From an uncultured Candidatus Saccharibacteria bacterium (GTDB lineage Bacteria; Patescibacteriota; Saccharimonadia; Saccharimonadales; JAGQNJ01), in the NCBI GenBank assembly GCA_964493895.1, contig CAZBPY010000002.1, positions 3,351 through 67,350 of the forward strand: a DNA stretch of 64,000 nt, written 5' to 3'. This document shows positions 1-9,854 of this stretch, one piece after another; position 1 is the first letter of the stretch; each line of letters opens with the position of its first letter. The translations under genes and the position numbers were made by a program. Below the pieces are notes generated by a model. The model made no database searches and was not told where the DNA came from. It was given only the letters and a program-made list of their open reading frames with translations.

Positions 1-334
1 GCTCTAAATTTGTAGTTATAACAACTTTGGATTTTAAGCCAAGAGCCGGATCTTTCAGTTGTTTTAAAACTTCAGTCCCAACAATATTAGGCAGCATAAT
101 GTCAAGCAAAATAATGTCGAACTCACCTGTTTTGGCTAGGCGCAAACCTTCAACGCCGTCAGGCGCTACTACCACATCGTAGCCGGCTTTTTTTAGGGCG
201 CGGGTGTAAAGCTCACTAATAAAATGCTCGTCTTCAATGCATAGCACCCGCCGCCTTAGGGGCGTAGTGTCTTTTATGGGTTTGTCAGGCAGTTGATTGT
301 CTTCTAGACTGGGATTTTGTTGATCGTTGGCCAT
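1..334 (-). CDS. response regulator receiver domain protein (partial, runs off window start)
   Basis: Not in ORF track. ATG at 334 on minus strand, 3 nt after the kinase stop. My translation MANDQQNPSLEDNQLPDKPIKDTTPLRRRVLCIEDEHFISELYTRALKKAGYDVVVAPDGVEGLRLAKTGEFDIILLDIMLP is a CheY-like receiver domain. Confidence 0.8.
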   Translation of the reverse strand, partial: MANDQQNPSLEDNQLPDKPIKDTTPLRRRVLCIEDEHFISELYTRALKKAGYDVVVAPDGVEGLRLAKTGEFDIILLDIMLPNIVGTEVLKQLKDPALGLKSKVVITTNLE

Positions 335-337
335 TTA

Positions 338-1876
338 TTACCTCTTATAAAATGAGTGGTTCTTGATCCAGCCATGAGCGGTTCGAACCACACCCTTATT
401 ATTACGGTTGCCTTCTTTTTCTGCAAACGAAGAATAAGGTTGCAATGTGAAGCCAAAGGTGCTGCCTTCACCTTCTTTAGATTGAACCCAGATCTGTCCA
501 CCATGAGCTGTAATAATCGCTTTAGCCAGATACAGACCCAATCCGGTGCCGCCAAACTCAGCTCGGGAGCGGTGGTTACGGTAAAACTTCTCAAATAGAT
601 TACCCAAAATGCTGGTCGGTATACCAATACCAAAATCTTGGACTGTAGTCTCCACCGTGCCATCGTCGCGCTTGAAAGCTTTGACAACTATCTCGTCACT
701 GGCATCACTATACTTGATAGCATTCTCTAGCAGGTTATTGACTACTTCATAAACACTAATGTGGTCGACCGCCACGGTCGGCAGCCCAGGCTCAATCTCT
801 AGTTTTATTCTTTTCCCATGTACATCAGCTCGCAAGCGAATATCATCGATTATTGAAGTCAGCACCTTCTTCCAATCCTCTTCATGCAGCTGCAGGAAGA
901 GCTGGTTTTCTTCGACTCTGGCAACATTCAAGATATTACTGACAAAGCTGGATAACTGTTCGGCAGCGGCCTGCATTTTGCGCATGAAGTCTTGCATTTC
1001 GGAATCTAGCTCGTCATAAGCTTCTTCCTCTAACACTTCTATATAGCCACGCAAAATTGTCAGCGGCGTACGTAATTCATGCACTGCCAAGGCGATAAAA
1101 CTAATGCCGTCATCGTCTTGACTGTAAAATTTAGTTTTATCGAATAGCGCCAGGACTGTTTCAGCTCCAGAGGGGTTATTTTTGTTGTAATAAGCCGCCA
1201 GGTCGAGTTGCTTTCTAGTTTGCTGATTGTCACCCAAAGCTAGACGTACCCTATCCCACTGACGACTGGCAGTAACCGTGTTGGCTCGAGAGACAGCCAG
1301 CCAGGCATCCAGTGTATCGGTGGTACTAAAAGAAAAGTCCAGAGCTGAATACAGGTTTTGACCGATCAGTTCATTCTTATCTTTGCCCAAATAGCGGGCC
1401 GCGGCATTATTGGTGTAAGTGATGATTTGGGTTTTGTCGCTAACGAAAATCGGCAAAGGTAATTCGTCTAAAACTGCTTGAGCCTGAACGGAGGTTTGCG
1501 AGGTGTTGAGTGGCTCAATATGATCGGTGTGGCTGGCCAATTGGTAGACTTGCAAACTTAGGTTGGTAACTAGCTCACGACCAGCTTTGAGTTTATCTAA
1601 ATTTGGCGGCGGTGCCCCATGTTCCCCCGGTGTAACATGTAAAATTGCCTGAGACAATACCTTCAGCGGCTCGGTCACATAAGTGCCAATCGTACTGGCA
1701 AACATATACATAAACACGATGCCTAGGCTGCCGGCAATTACAGCAGAGGTTATTATCGGTAAACCCACATATACCACACTCAACCAAGCCAATCCGGCTG
1801 AAGCAACGATAATAGAAACAAAGCCGGCAAAGGTGTAAAGCGCTATTTTGCGAGCTAATTTTGAGAAGTAATCCAC
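338..1876 (-). CDS. sensor histidine kinase (2 TM, PAS-like, HisKA + HATPase_c)
   Basis: 512-aa ORF with N-terminal TM helices, H-box LAVHELRTPLT, N-box NLLENAIKYS and G-boxes DFGIGIP / GGTGLGLYLA. Confidence 0.9.
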   Translation of the reverse strand: MDYFSKLARKIALYTFAGFVSIIVASAGLAWLSVVYVGLPIITSAVIAGSLGIVFMYMFASTIGTYVTEPLKVLSQAILHVTPGEHGAPPPNLDKLKAGRELVTNLSLQVYQLASHTDHIEPLNTSQTSVQAQAVLDELPLPIFVSDKTQIITYTNNAAARYLGKDKNELIGQNLYSALDFSFSTTDTLDAWLAVSRANTVTASRQWDRVRLALGDNQQTRKQLDLAAYYNKNNPSGAETVLALFDKTKFYSQDDDGISFIALAVHELRTPLTILRGYIEVLEEEAYDELDSEMQDFMRKMQAAAEQLSSFVSNILNVARVEENQLFLQLHEEDWKKVLTSIIDDIRLRADVHGKRIKLEIEPGLPTVAVDHISVYEVVNNLLENAIKYSDASDEIVVKAFKRDDGTVETTVQDFGIGIPTSILGNLFEKFYRNHRSRAEFGGTGLGLYLAKAIITAHGGQIWVQSKEGEGSTFGFTLQPYSSFAEKEGNRNNKGVVRTAHGWIKNHSFYKR

Positions 1877-1897
1877 CCCTGCCTCCTCCAGGCTAGT

Positions 1898-3073
1898 TTA
1901 TGGAGCAAAGCTGACCGTTCCTGGGGTTACCAGTGTCATCCAGGCTTGTCCAGGTGCCAGTTTTATGACTTCACCATTAGCGTCCTTAAAGACGTATTGG
2001 CTGCCCTCGGCTGGTCGCTCCCAAGTACCTTCAATATGGGTGCCGTTCTGGAAAATGGTGACTTTGCCCGAGCCGGTCATTCCATATACCGAATACTGGC
2101 CGCCTTGAGCTCTGGATGTTTCGACTGCAATCACGACTTTAGGTGATAGTTGCTGACCGGATCGTTCGTCAGTAGCTGGCGCTCCGCCAACAAATCGTAG
2201 GTAGTTGTTGGTGTTGGGGTCGTAGTCGTAACGAACATTGTACGGTGCGCTGGATATGTTCAAACTGATAGTTCTAGCGGTCGGTACTTCAACTTTTTGT
2301 TCATTGCGGTGGTGCTGGAAACCGGTGTATTCAGACTTGTTGAAGCCTTTTGCTTGTTCAAGCTGTTCTAGCTTGGCACTAGAAGTGTAGACATCATGTG
2401 GAGCAGCCTTAGCTTGAACTCGTTCATAGGCGCCAGAGTTTTGTCCGTAATCCAAGTCCTTAACATTTAAAGCCTTGATTTTGGCCAGTGCCTCTGGGCT
2501 GCCGCCAACATGAGCAATGGCTCCATCGAAACTAGCGGCCACATCTACAAAGTAAGGCCGGACACTACGGACCGGACCGATATAATCCGAAGCCGTGTCT
2601 TGGTAAACAGCTAGGAACCTAGTGATGCCGCCTTCTGCAATGGCTTCAAACACGAAGCCAGCATCTTTTAGCCCGGATTGCGGTCGAGCGGCTATGCTAT
2701 TTTCAATTATGACGGCTGTGACTTGCTTTTCATTAACTTCCGGAGCTACCTGCAAGCCGGTTAATTTAGACTGAACTGTTGTTGGCCGCGGAGCTTCACT
2801 GCTGGTTTGGCCAGGTTGATTTGTCAGGATTCGATAAGCCAAGAAACAAGCTCCGGCAACTACTAGCACAGCCACAACTAATAGAATGACTTTTTGTTTT
2901 TTAGTTAAGTTACGGTGCCACTCGATCAAGCGGTGTCGCTTTTTTAGTTTTTTGGGGTCAATTCCCGGTGGGACCGGTTTTTCGCTGTCTTTTTGAAAAG
3001 CATTGGCTGCTAAATCATTAACTTTTTTATCGGGGTCATTCATGTCAATGACCTCTGGCTCTTTATTATCCAT
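1898..3073 (-). CDS. DUF3048-like membrane-anchored protein
   Basis: 391-aa ORF with a TM anchor (VILLVVAVLVVAGACFLAY). The segment AVIIENSIAARPQSGL..VFEAIAEGGITRFLAVY..PVRSVRPYF resembles the DUF3048/YerB family as I recall it. Confidence 0.7.
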   Translation of the reverse strand: MDNKEPEVIDMNDPDKKVNDLAANAFQKDSEKPVPPGIDPKKLKKRHRLIEWHRNLTKKQKVILLVVAVLVVAGACFLAYRILTNQPGQTSSEAPRPTTVQSKLTGLQVAPEVNEKQVTAVIIENSIAARPQSGLKDAGFVFEAIAEGGITRFLAVYQDTASDYIGPVRSVRPYFVDVAASFDGAIAHVGGSPEALAKIKALNVKDLDYGQNSGAYERVQAKAAPHDVYTSSAKLEQLEQAKGFNKSEYTGFQHHRNEQKVEVPTARTISLNISSAPYNVRYDYDPNTNNYLRFVGGAPATDERSGQQLSPKVVIAVETSRAQGGQYSVYGMTGSGKVTIFQNGTHIEGTWERPAEGSQYVFKDANGEVIKLAPGQAWMTLVTPGTVSFAP

Positions 3074-3075
3074 TC

Positions 3076-4503
3076 TTACAGTGTATCATAAGCAGTTTGC
3101 AGTCGCTTTATGGAACGATTTTTGCCCAAAATAGCCAGTGTTTCCGCTAGTCCTGGACTAGCTGGCGCCTGAGTTATGGCAATCCTGATCAGACTAAACA
3201 GTACGGCCGGCTTTTGATCTGTTGTTTCTAACAACATGTTGAGCCGGTGCTGCAGCTTATCGGTTTCAAACTGACAGTCTTTCAAACTATCAATACTTCT
3301 TTGCAGTAAGCCAGCCAAATCATCTTTGTCCAGCTTTTTGAGCTGTTTGTTGGTCTCGATTAATTCACTTTGTACCGGCAAATCATCGGTGAAAAAGAAC
3401 CAAGTTAGTTCGGGCAGCTCGGCCAAATACTTGAGACGCTCTTGTACCGAGGCCAGGACTTTTTTTCGATATTCTTCATCATAATCACCTGCTTGTTTGG
3501 GCCAATAATCGGCTGCCAACTCAAACAGGTTTTCTAAAGGCAGCTGACGAATAAAATGGCCGTTGACCCACAAAAGGTGGCGTTCTTCAAAACGAGCCCC
3601 GCTTTTGCCTATTCGGTCCAGTGAAAACTTGGCGATTAACTCGTCTTTGGTGAAAACTTCTTGTTCGGTGCCGTCATTCCAGCCAAGTGTGGCTAAAAAG
3701 CTCATCATGGCTTCCGGCAAAAACCCTTGGCGGGCATAGTCCAAGATATCTTTGGCGCCATCGCGTTTGCCGAGCTTTTTGTTGCCCTGGGGTCCCAGGA
3801 TATGCGGCACGGTAGCAAAAATCGGTCTGTCCAAACCGAAGGCTTCATACAGGTTCAGATAATTTGGCATGCTGGCCAAAAATTCTTGCCCGCGAATAAT
3901 GTGAGTGATTTCCATCTCGGAGTCGTCAACGATATGAGCAAAATTGTACGTAGGATATCCATCAGACTTCATAAGAACAAAGTCATCAATAACTTCGGGA
4001 CCTGCCTGCATCGACCCCATTACAACATCATCCCACTGATAGGCTTTAGGGTCGGACTTAAAGCGCAGAGGCTGGCTGCCGTCCCACTTCGGCGGGTTGC
4101 TTGGCCGATGGTTGCGGTACAAAAACGGCTTTTTATCATTCTGAGCCTGTTCGCGGAAAGCTTGAACTTCCTGCGGTGAATAAGGATCGGCATAAGCCCG
4201 GCCGCTGTCGATCAGTTTCTGGGTCCATTTTTTGTAGATATCCAGTCGCTCACTCTGCTTGTAAGGATTGTGCAAACCGCCCTTATCCGGTCCTTCGTCC
4301 CAATCAATTCCCAACCAATTTAGTGAATCGATGATGTGCTGTCCAGATCCTTCTACTTCGCGGCTCTTGTCGGTATCTTCCAGTCGCAGAATGAATTGCC
4401 CGGTGTTTTGCCGAGCTACCAACCAGGCAAACAGGGCCGTGCGAACGCCGCCGACATGTATATAGCCCGTCGGACTGGGCGCAAAACGCGTTCTAACTTT
4501 CAT
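3076..4503 (-). CDS. gltX: glutamate--tRNA ligase
   Basis: 475 aa. Class I HIGH region RFAPSPTGYIHVGG, KMSKS-like KLGKRDG, and GluRS-like sequence over the full length. Confidence 0.95.
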   Translation of the reverse strand: MKVRTRFAPSPTGYIHVGGVRTALFAWLVARQNTGQFILRLEDTDKSREVEGSGQHIIDSLNWLGIDWDEGPDKGGLHNPYKQSERLDIYKKWTQKLIDSGRAYADPYSPQEVQAFREQAQNDKKPFLYRNHRPSNPPKWDGSQPLRFKSDPKAYQWDDVVMGSMQAGPEVIDDFVLMKSDGYPTYNFAHIVDDSEMEITHIIRGQEFLASMPNYLNLYEAFGLDRPIFATVPHILGPQGNKKLGKRDGAKDILDYARQGFLPEAMMSFLATLGWNDGTEQEVFTKDELIAKFSLDRIGKSGARFEERHLLWVNGHFIRQLPLENLFELAADYWPKQAGDYDEEYRKKVLASVQERLKYLAELPELTWFFFTDDLPVQSELIETNKQLKKLDKDDLAGLLQRSIDSLKDCQFETDKLQHRLNMLLETTDQKPAVLFSLIRIAITQAPASPGLAETLAILGKNRSIKRLQTAYDTL

Positions 4504-4534
4504 GACCTCTATTGTAACAAATTACTCGACCAAC

Positions 4535-5683
4535 TTAGGTGCTGGTGGCGATACGCAAGATTTGCTCGCTGCTAAGACGGGAGTTGCCTTCTATTTGGTA
4601 CCAAACGCCGCCGTTCACCCAGGTGGCGTTGGAGCCGTCGTAGATGTAGATTGTGCGTCCGCCGGCTTCGTATTTTTGGTAAGTTTTGTCATTGGCTTCT
4701 AGATAGTTCTCGGCTAAGGCTTGGCTGTTCCAGTTGGAAGCCTGCTGGACGATTTTGAACTGACGATCATCACTATTGGAATGGAAGCTAATAGTTACCT
4801 TTCCAGGACTGTAAGTGACCAGTTTGTCTTGGCTAAAGCCGGCCGGTTGGTAGCCGGGTTGATGAGCGCTAAAACCGGCCCGAGACGAGGCTAGCCGCAT
4901 ACTTAAATTAGGCATGTTTTGATAAACAAAGAATCCGGCCAGCAGCAAAAATGCCAAGGAGCCGGCGACAAAGCGCGTCGCCTTGCTGCTTAGGCCTAGG
5001 CTGTGGGACAGGCGCCGTCGATGAGGTTTTTTGGCTTTGGCGACGGCTTCGTGGGATCGGGCCTTTTTCAGGGCATCGGTGACCAATTTTTCAGCTGGAG
5101 TCAGTCCAGTCACTGGTGTTGGCTTGTGGTGAGCCGGGCGATGGTGATCTGTCTTGGCCTGAGCTGAAACCGCCCGCAACGAAGCTGATTTTTTAGGCGC
5201 TTGGCTATGGGTTGTTGGTTGATGTGATGAAGGGTGTTGACCGAAACGTTTGATCTGGCTGCTTTTCTGGATGGCCTTGGCTCTTTCTAGGCGCTGAGTG
5301 GCGCGTTGATTAAGTACAGCCTGAGCTGGCTTTTGTTTAACCGGATGATGTGGCTGCGGCACTGCTTGGCGCATTAAAGTGGCCGAGCGTTGAGGTTTGT
5401 GAGCTCGGGCCGGGGTTGGCTTATGACTAGCCGAGCGCCGACCAGTTGGTGCTAGTGATCGAGCTGGCTTAGGTTTGGTAGCGTGACTAGCCGGCTTGGT
5501 GTGTCCGGCCGATCGTTTGGATTTGTGGCTCCGGACAACGCTATCCATGACCAAGCCTTTTTTCCTGCGGACTGTTGGCTTGGTGGCTGATATAGGCACA
5601 GATTTAGTCCGGTCATGGATTAGTTTACCGGTGACGGCGTCGTAGAGCTTACCATTTAAAACTATGCTGTTTTGATGACCCAC
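4535..5683 (-). CDS. hypothetical membrane protein with basic disordered N-half and small extracytoplasmic C-domain
   Basis: 382-aa ORF. N-half is K/R/H/P-rich and low complexity, followed by one TM helix (FVAGSLAFLLLAGFFVY) and a ~120-aa C-domain that may be DUF4367-like. Family assignment is uncertain. Confidence 0.55.
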   Translation of the reverse strand: MGHQNSIVLNGKLYDAVTGKLIHDRTKSVPISATKPTVRRKKGLVMDSVVRSHKSKRSAGHTKPASHATKPKPARSLAPTGRRSASHKPTPARAHKPQRSATLMRQAVPQPHHPVKQKPAQAVLNQRATQRLERAKAIQKSSQIKRFGQHPSSHQPTTHSQAPKKSASLRAVSAQAKTDHHRPAHHKPTPVTGLTPAEKLVTDALKKARSHEAVAKAKKPHRRRLSHSLGLSSKATRFVAGSLAFLLLAGFFVYQNMPNLSMRLASSRAGFSAHQPGYQPAGFSQDKLVTYSPGKVTISFHSNSDDRQFKIVQQASNWNSQALAENYLEANDKTYQKYEAGGRTIYIYDGSNATWVNGGVWYQIEGNSRLSSEQILRIATST

Positions 5684-5781
5684 GTTGCTACCCTTCGAGA
5701 AGTTGTTTATTAACTACTCTAATAGTAAACCGTAACCGCTGTGCCAAGCAAGACCTTTTAAGCTATAATAACTTTGCAGAT

Positions 5782-7248
5782 ATGGATTTTCTTGACCCAA
5801 AAAAGCGTAAAGCCCACATTCGCCGACTCTATATCGGCTATGTTTTGGTTGCTATCGCTATCGGATTAGGAGCTATAATTCTGCTGTTTGCTTCGTCCGG
5901 CTACGGCATTGATCGCCAGGGTAATGTTTTTCAAAACGGGCTGGTATTTCTGGCCTCAACGCCGGACAGTGCTCAAGTTAAGATCACCAACCAAAAGGGT
6001 GACTATCAGAAAACAGTAGTCACCAGTGAGCGCTTAGAGCTGAAAGCCGATATCTACAATTTTCAGTATCTGAAGCAAGGCTATAAACCCTGGGAACATA
6101 AGTTTGACATCCGCGGCGGCAGTATCGAGCGTTTGGTTTACCCATTTTTGGTTCCGGAAAATCTGAGTACCACCACTGAAGAGCAGTACACGGCGCCGGC
6201 GGGTCTGGTGACCCAGACACCAGATCGCAAGACGATCCTGGTGCAACAGCCCGGCAGCTTGACCCAGTTCCAAGTCTTCGAGGCGGCTGACCTATCAAAA
6301 CAACCCACCAGCTTCAGCCTACCCGCCGGGCTGTTGCCCGCCGGCGTCCCCGCCAAGCCCTACCAACTAATCGAATGGTCAACTAACAATCGCCACTTGT
6401 TGATCCGTTATGACGCCGACACTGGCCCGATTTTCCTAGTTATTGACCGAGAAAATCCGGCTCAGTCTCGAAACATTAATGATTTCTTCGGGTTGGCTCC
6501 GGCCAAAGTAGCTTTGCGTGATAAAAACCCCGAGAAGTTTTATATGATACTGCCAGACGGCCGCTTGATCAGTGCTGAAGCTAGCAACAAAGCTACGGCC
6601 AACTTGGCCTCCAATGTCATCGATTTCAAGGCTCATGGCAATGACGACCTCTTGTACATAACCACAACCGCAGCAGCGGCCGATAAAGCTAGAGCCATGG
6701 TTCGCTCCAAAGATCAAAATTACTTTATTCGCGAATTACCTTTGGCCAGCCACTATGCCTTAGACTTGGCTCGCTATAACAATGAATGGTATATCGTTAT
6801 TGGAGCCGGCAATAGCAATGAAACATATATTTACCGCGATCCGGTCTTGGCTCTGCAAACCATCAATGCCGAAAGTCCAACTATTCGAGCGCTCAGAATT
6901 GACAATCCGCAACAGGTCAGCTTTTCAGCCAATACCCGCTTTATCGCCGTTCAACGTGACTCGGAATTTGTAATCTATGATGTTGAGAAAGATGAGCAGC
7001 ACAGATTTACTGTTAATCCCAATTTCCAGTCTCCGGGAACAGTTCGCTGGATGGATGGCCACCGCCTAATGGGTATCACCGATGGCCGAGTTCTAATTAT
7101 CGACTTTGACGGCACCAATCAACAAACTCTCTCGCCCATAATACCCGGCACCATACCGATGTTTAATGACAACTACGAGAAGCTGATCACCCTGGCACCA
7201 GACGGAGCCGGACAGGCTCTAACTAATACGCCAATGCGCGTGCCCTAA
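5782..7248 (+). CDS. membrane-anchored PEGA-like domain protein with beta-rich C-terminal region
   Basis: 488-aa ORF with an N-terminal TM helix. PEGA-like stretch SAQVKITNQKGDYQKT..YNFQYLKQGYKPWEHKFDI. The remainder is not recognised. Confidence 0.55.
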   Translation: MDFLDPKKRKAHIRRLYIGYVLVAIAIGLGAIILLFASSGYGIDRQGNVFQNGLVFLASTPDSAQVKITNQKGDYQKTVVTSERLELKADIYNFQYLKQGYKPWEHKFDIRGGSIERLVYPFLVPENLSTTTEEQYTAPAGLVTQTPDRKTILVQQPGSLTQFQVFEAADLSKQPTSFSLPAGLLPAGVPAKPYQLIEWSTNNRHLLIRYDADTGPIFLVIDRENPAQSRNINDFFGLAPAKVALRDKNPEKFYMILPDGRLISAEASNKATANLASNVIDFKAHGNDDLLYITTTAAAADKARAMVRSKDQNYFIRELPLASHYALDLARYNNEWYIVIGAGNSNETYIYRDPVLALQTINAESPTIRALRIDNPQQVSFSANTRFIAVQRDSEFVIYDVEKDEQHRFTVNPNFQSPGTVRWMDGHRLMGITDGRVLIIDFDGTNQQTLSPIIPGTIPMFNDNYEKLITLAPDGAGQALTNTPMRVP

Positions 7249-7264
7249 ACCACGACCTGGTTTT

Positions 7265-8419
7265 TTAGAAAATTAGATTTCGAATTCGGCTCCATAGACT
7301 GGGAGCGTTACCGGGTACAATGTCAGTTTCACCAGTCGCCGGATTTGCCGTGCTGGCGGCATTTTTGTTTGGATCGGGGCTGATTTGTTCCCCAATAATT
7401 ATCAAACGATTGACTGAGGTCCCCGGCGGATCACAGGTAATTAGCGTGGCCGTAGCTGGCTTGTCGGTCGGGCCTAGAACCGAAACGTCGGTTGGCGGCA
7501 CGACTTTCTTCTCGTAAATACGATAAGCATAGCGAACACGATCCTTGGTTAAGTAAAAGGTGTCGCCGACCTCCAATTTGTTAAGCAACACAAAGGCAAA
7601 TTTGTATTTGCCCTGATTAAAAATATTGTTACTGGAGTGACCGACAATCACAGAATTGCCTCTCTGTCCCGGATCCGGCGTGGTAGCGTAATGGACTACG
7701 CCGTTTTCAAGACCGGCTTGAATGGCCTCTTCCTGGATTGAATTAACATCGTAAACCACCGGTACTTCAACATTAATTTTGGGAATAATAATCTCTGCCT
7801 CAGGGCCAGCAGTTGTGGAGTTGGGATCAACAATGATTGGCGTGGAACTGACAGCTCGGCTGGGTGTTATAAACGGGGCAATGAACCGCTCGTTAAAAAA
7901 CCCGAACAAGAAAATTAGCATCACTACTGCCCCAACACCCAGGCCAAACACTAGCGAGTGCAGGTTTTGTTTGCGTGTAGCCTTTCGCCCAGCCCCAGAA
8001 TTCACCGATCGAATTATTTTTTCTCTAACGGCTGCCACCGACTGTGGTTTGGCGGCCGACCTTTTCTTTTTTGGCTTGGTTTTATTTTCGCTCGTCTCTG
8101 GCGGCTGGCTAATTTTTGCTGGAGTGGTTTTGGCTCTTTCATGAGCCGCATAAAACTCCTGCCAGACCTCATGCTTTTCTTTATCTGATAGACCTAAGTA
8201 ATAATTGTGCCAAGCCGTCTGGATTTCAGCCAGCGACTTCCCAGAAGTGGTTAAAGATTGCATGTAGCGCTGATGTTTCGATGGATGGGCTGCCGAGCTG
8301 GACTCGATAATCTCCTCTTTAACATCAGGCTCCTCTTGATAGAGCTGACTTAGCTTGGCTCGGGCGATATTGGCAGCCAGCTCCGGCTCTTGATGGTTAT
8401 TGGGCTTTTGATCACTCAC
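7265..8419 (-). CDS. sortase family transpeptidase with long N-terminal extension
   Basis: 384 aa with a TM helix (VFGLGVGAVVMLIFLFGFF). Sortase motifs VIVGHSS and TLITCDPPGT are present. Confidence 0.8.
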   Translation of the reverse strand: MSDQKPNNHQEPELAANIARAKLSQLYQEEPDVKEEIIESSSAAHPSKHQRYMQSLTTSGKSLAEIQTAWHNYYLGLSDKEKHEVWQEFYAAHERAKTTPAKISQPPETSENKTKPKKKRSAAKPQSVAAVREKIIRSVNSGAGRKATRKQNLHSLVFGLGVGAVVMLIFLFGFFNERFIAPFITPSRAVSSTPIIVDPNSTTAGPEAEIIIPKINVEVPVVYDVNSIQEEAIQAGLENGVVHYATTPDPGQRGNSVIVGHSSNNIFNQGKYKFAFVLLNKLEVGDTFYLTKDRVRYAYRIYEKKVVPPTDVSVLGPTDKPATATLITCDPPGTSVNRLIIIGEQISPDPNKNAASTANPATGETDIVPGNAPSLWSRIRNLIF

Positions 8420-8491
8420 TGATTTTGCTTATCCTAACAGATTACAGTATACCAAACAGAGGTTATGTAGTACAATTGGGCTGTTCGACGC

Positions 8492-8577
8492 GCCGGAGTG
8501 GCGGAACTGGTATACGCGCACGACTCAAAATCGTGTTCCCCTGTGGATTGAGGGTTCGAGTCCCTCCTCCGGCACCA
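8492..8577 (+). tRNA. tRNA-Leu (anticodon CAA), encoded CCA
   Basis: GCCGGAG acceptor pairs with CTCCGGC. Anticodon arm CACGA-CTCAAAA-TCGTG, long variable arm, T-arm GAGGGTTCGAGTCCCTC, terminal ACCA. Confidence 0.9.
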
Positions 8578-8720
8578 ACTATCTTCATTTACAGTCGATT
8601 TTAGACATCAGTTTGTTGTGCCATACCAGAAGATCATTACATTCTGTCAGCCAGTAAAGAAAGCTCAATTTCAGTACTCATTTCTACAAACTATACCACA
8701 TTAACAATAGATAGCAAATA

Positions 8721-9503
8721 CTATACTTTGAGCATTGATGTTGTGATGGCTTCAAAGGGGTGACCAGGGTTTTGCAGCCACCAAACGGCGGCCTTGGCGG
8801 CCGTCTCGACTCGCCAGATTTCTTCGGTGTTTGGAGTTGTGCTGACCCGGCCGCCGGCCACCACCACAGCATCGTCATGGAGCTTAGTGATTAGGTGGGC
8901 TGGCCACTTTTCTAAACCGCTGCTGAGGACATCAAGATTGCGAGCCAGTGACTGACCGTATTGCAAACTCCGTCCCTGGTTATCGAGTTTTGACCACATT
9001 TTCTGAAGCTGGCCGAAACTGGCTACCACTAAAATCTGCGGTCGGCCAAATAGGTCCGACGGCTGAGATTTGAATTGATCAAGGGCATCCTGGGTGATAA
9101 CTACTAAACCAGGAAATTTTTTCAAAAACTGCTCGGTAACAATGGCTGTCTCAGAATTGCGGCCCAAGTCGCCGGCTATCAGCACGGCATCGGCCCAAGT
9201 GGCCTGCTCTAGCCATTCGCCCAAAGCTTGTTGAGCAAAACTGCCGCTTTTGTTCATCGGAGCAAACTCGCAGTCTTCTAGTACAGAACCGATCGTTTTG
9301 CGCAGCCCTTCCGGCAGCAGAACCCTGGCCGCCCCTACCCCTGCCTGCATGGCAATATTATAGGCCTGCCCCGGCGCGCTAAAAACATGCAAATTTCCGC
9401 CAATAATCAGTAACTTGCCAGCGGTGCGCCTTGTCTGTGGTTTGCTCCAAAGGAGATCAGGGAACAGTGGCTTGTCAAGAGTTTGCTTTTGCCAAAAATC
9501 CAT
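8721..9503 (-). CDS. YjeF C-terminal / NAD(P)H-hydrate dehydratase-like carbohydrate kinase family protein (divergent)
   Basis: 260 aa. LLIIGGNLHVFSAPGQAYNIAMQAGVGAARVLLP and DAVLIAGDLGRN resemble the YjeF_C family. I did not find the C-terminal GxGD motif. Confidence 0.45.
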   Translation of the reverse strand: MDFWQKQTLDKPLFPDLLWSKPQTRRTAGKLLIIGGNLHVFSAPGQAYNIAMQAGVGAARVLLPEGLRKTIGSVLEDCEFAPMNKSGSFAQQALGEWLEQATWADAVLIAGDLGRNSETAIVTEQFLKKFPGLVVITQDALDQFKSQPSDLFGRPQILVVASFGQLQKMWSKLDNQGRSLQYGQSLARNLDVLSSGLEKWPAHLITKLHDDAVVVAGGRVSTTPNTEEIWRVETAAKAAVWWLQNPGHPFEAITTSMLKV

Positions 9504-9531
9504 AAACTAATCCTAACACCACTGGTGATAC

Positions 9532-9560
9532 TTGACAAGCATGATATAATAGGATATAAT
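9532..9560 (+). promoter_or_regulatory. sigma70-consensus promoter (TTGACA-17-TATAAT)
   Basis: TTGACA at 9532-9537, a 17-nt spacer, and TATAAT at 9555-9560. The ATG at 9567 lies 6 nt downstream, which implies a leaderless transcript. Confidence 0.55.
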
Positions 9561-9566
9561 GTAAAG

Positions 9567-9854
9567 ATGATGTCAGAATTTGTGCAGACTGGTGAAATTA
9601 ACGTGCCTACTGATGATGGGCTGACTTTAATTGCCCCATTGCTGGCTAATGTCAAAATTGACACGCATGGCTGCCTAGAGCGCCAGGTTGAGCTGTTTGG
9701 CGGCGATCTCCAGACTCCTAACCAATGCCCGGTAGATGGTTGCGGAGCTTGCTTTAACCGGCTGCTAGATGTGGTTCAGCATGATTCCGAAGCGCCTTGT
9801 GCTGACCCTACCTACCGACAGGATCAGATCAATCCAGATGATACGCCCCAGTAG
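9567..9854 (+). CDS. hypothetical small Cys-containing protein (95 aa)
   Basis: Shortened version of track ORF 9483..9854, starting at the ATG just after the consensus promoter. Contains CPVDGCGAC. The 3' end overlaps the convergent HAD gene by 26 nt. No family recognised. Confidence 0.35.
   Translation: MMSEFVQTGEINVPTDDGLTLIAPLLANVKIDTHGCLERQVELFGGDLQTPNQCPVDGCGACFNRLLDVVQHDSEAPCADPTYRQDQINPDDTPQ

Noticed and set aside
304-8310. Numerous 60-150-aa ORFs nested antisense or out of frame inside gltX, the kinase, the sortase and other genes (for example 3727..4179, 7779..8144, 6020..6298)
   Set aside because: They lie entirely within longer ORFs that carry clear family motifs. The same reasoning applies to similar nested ORFs throughout the window.
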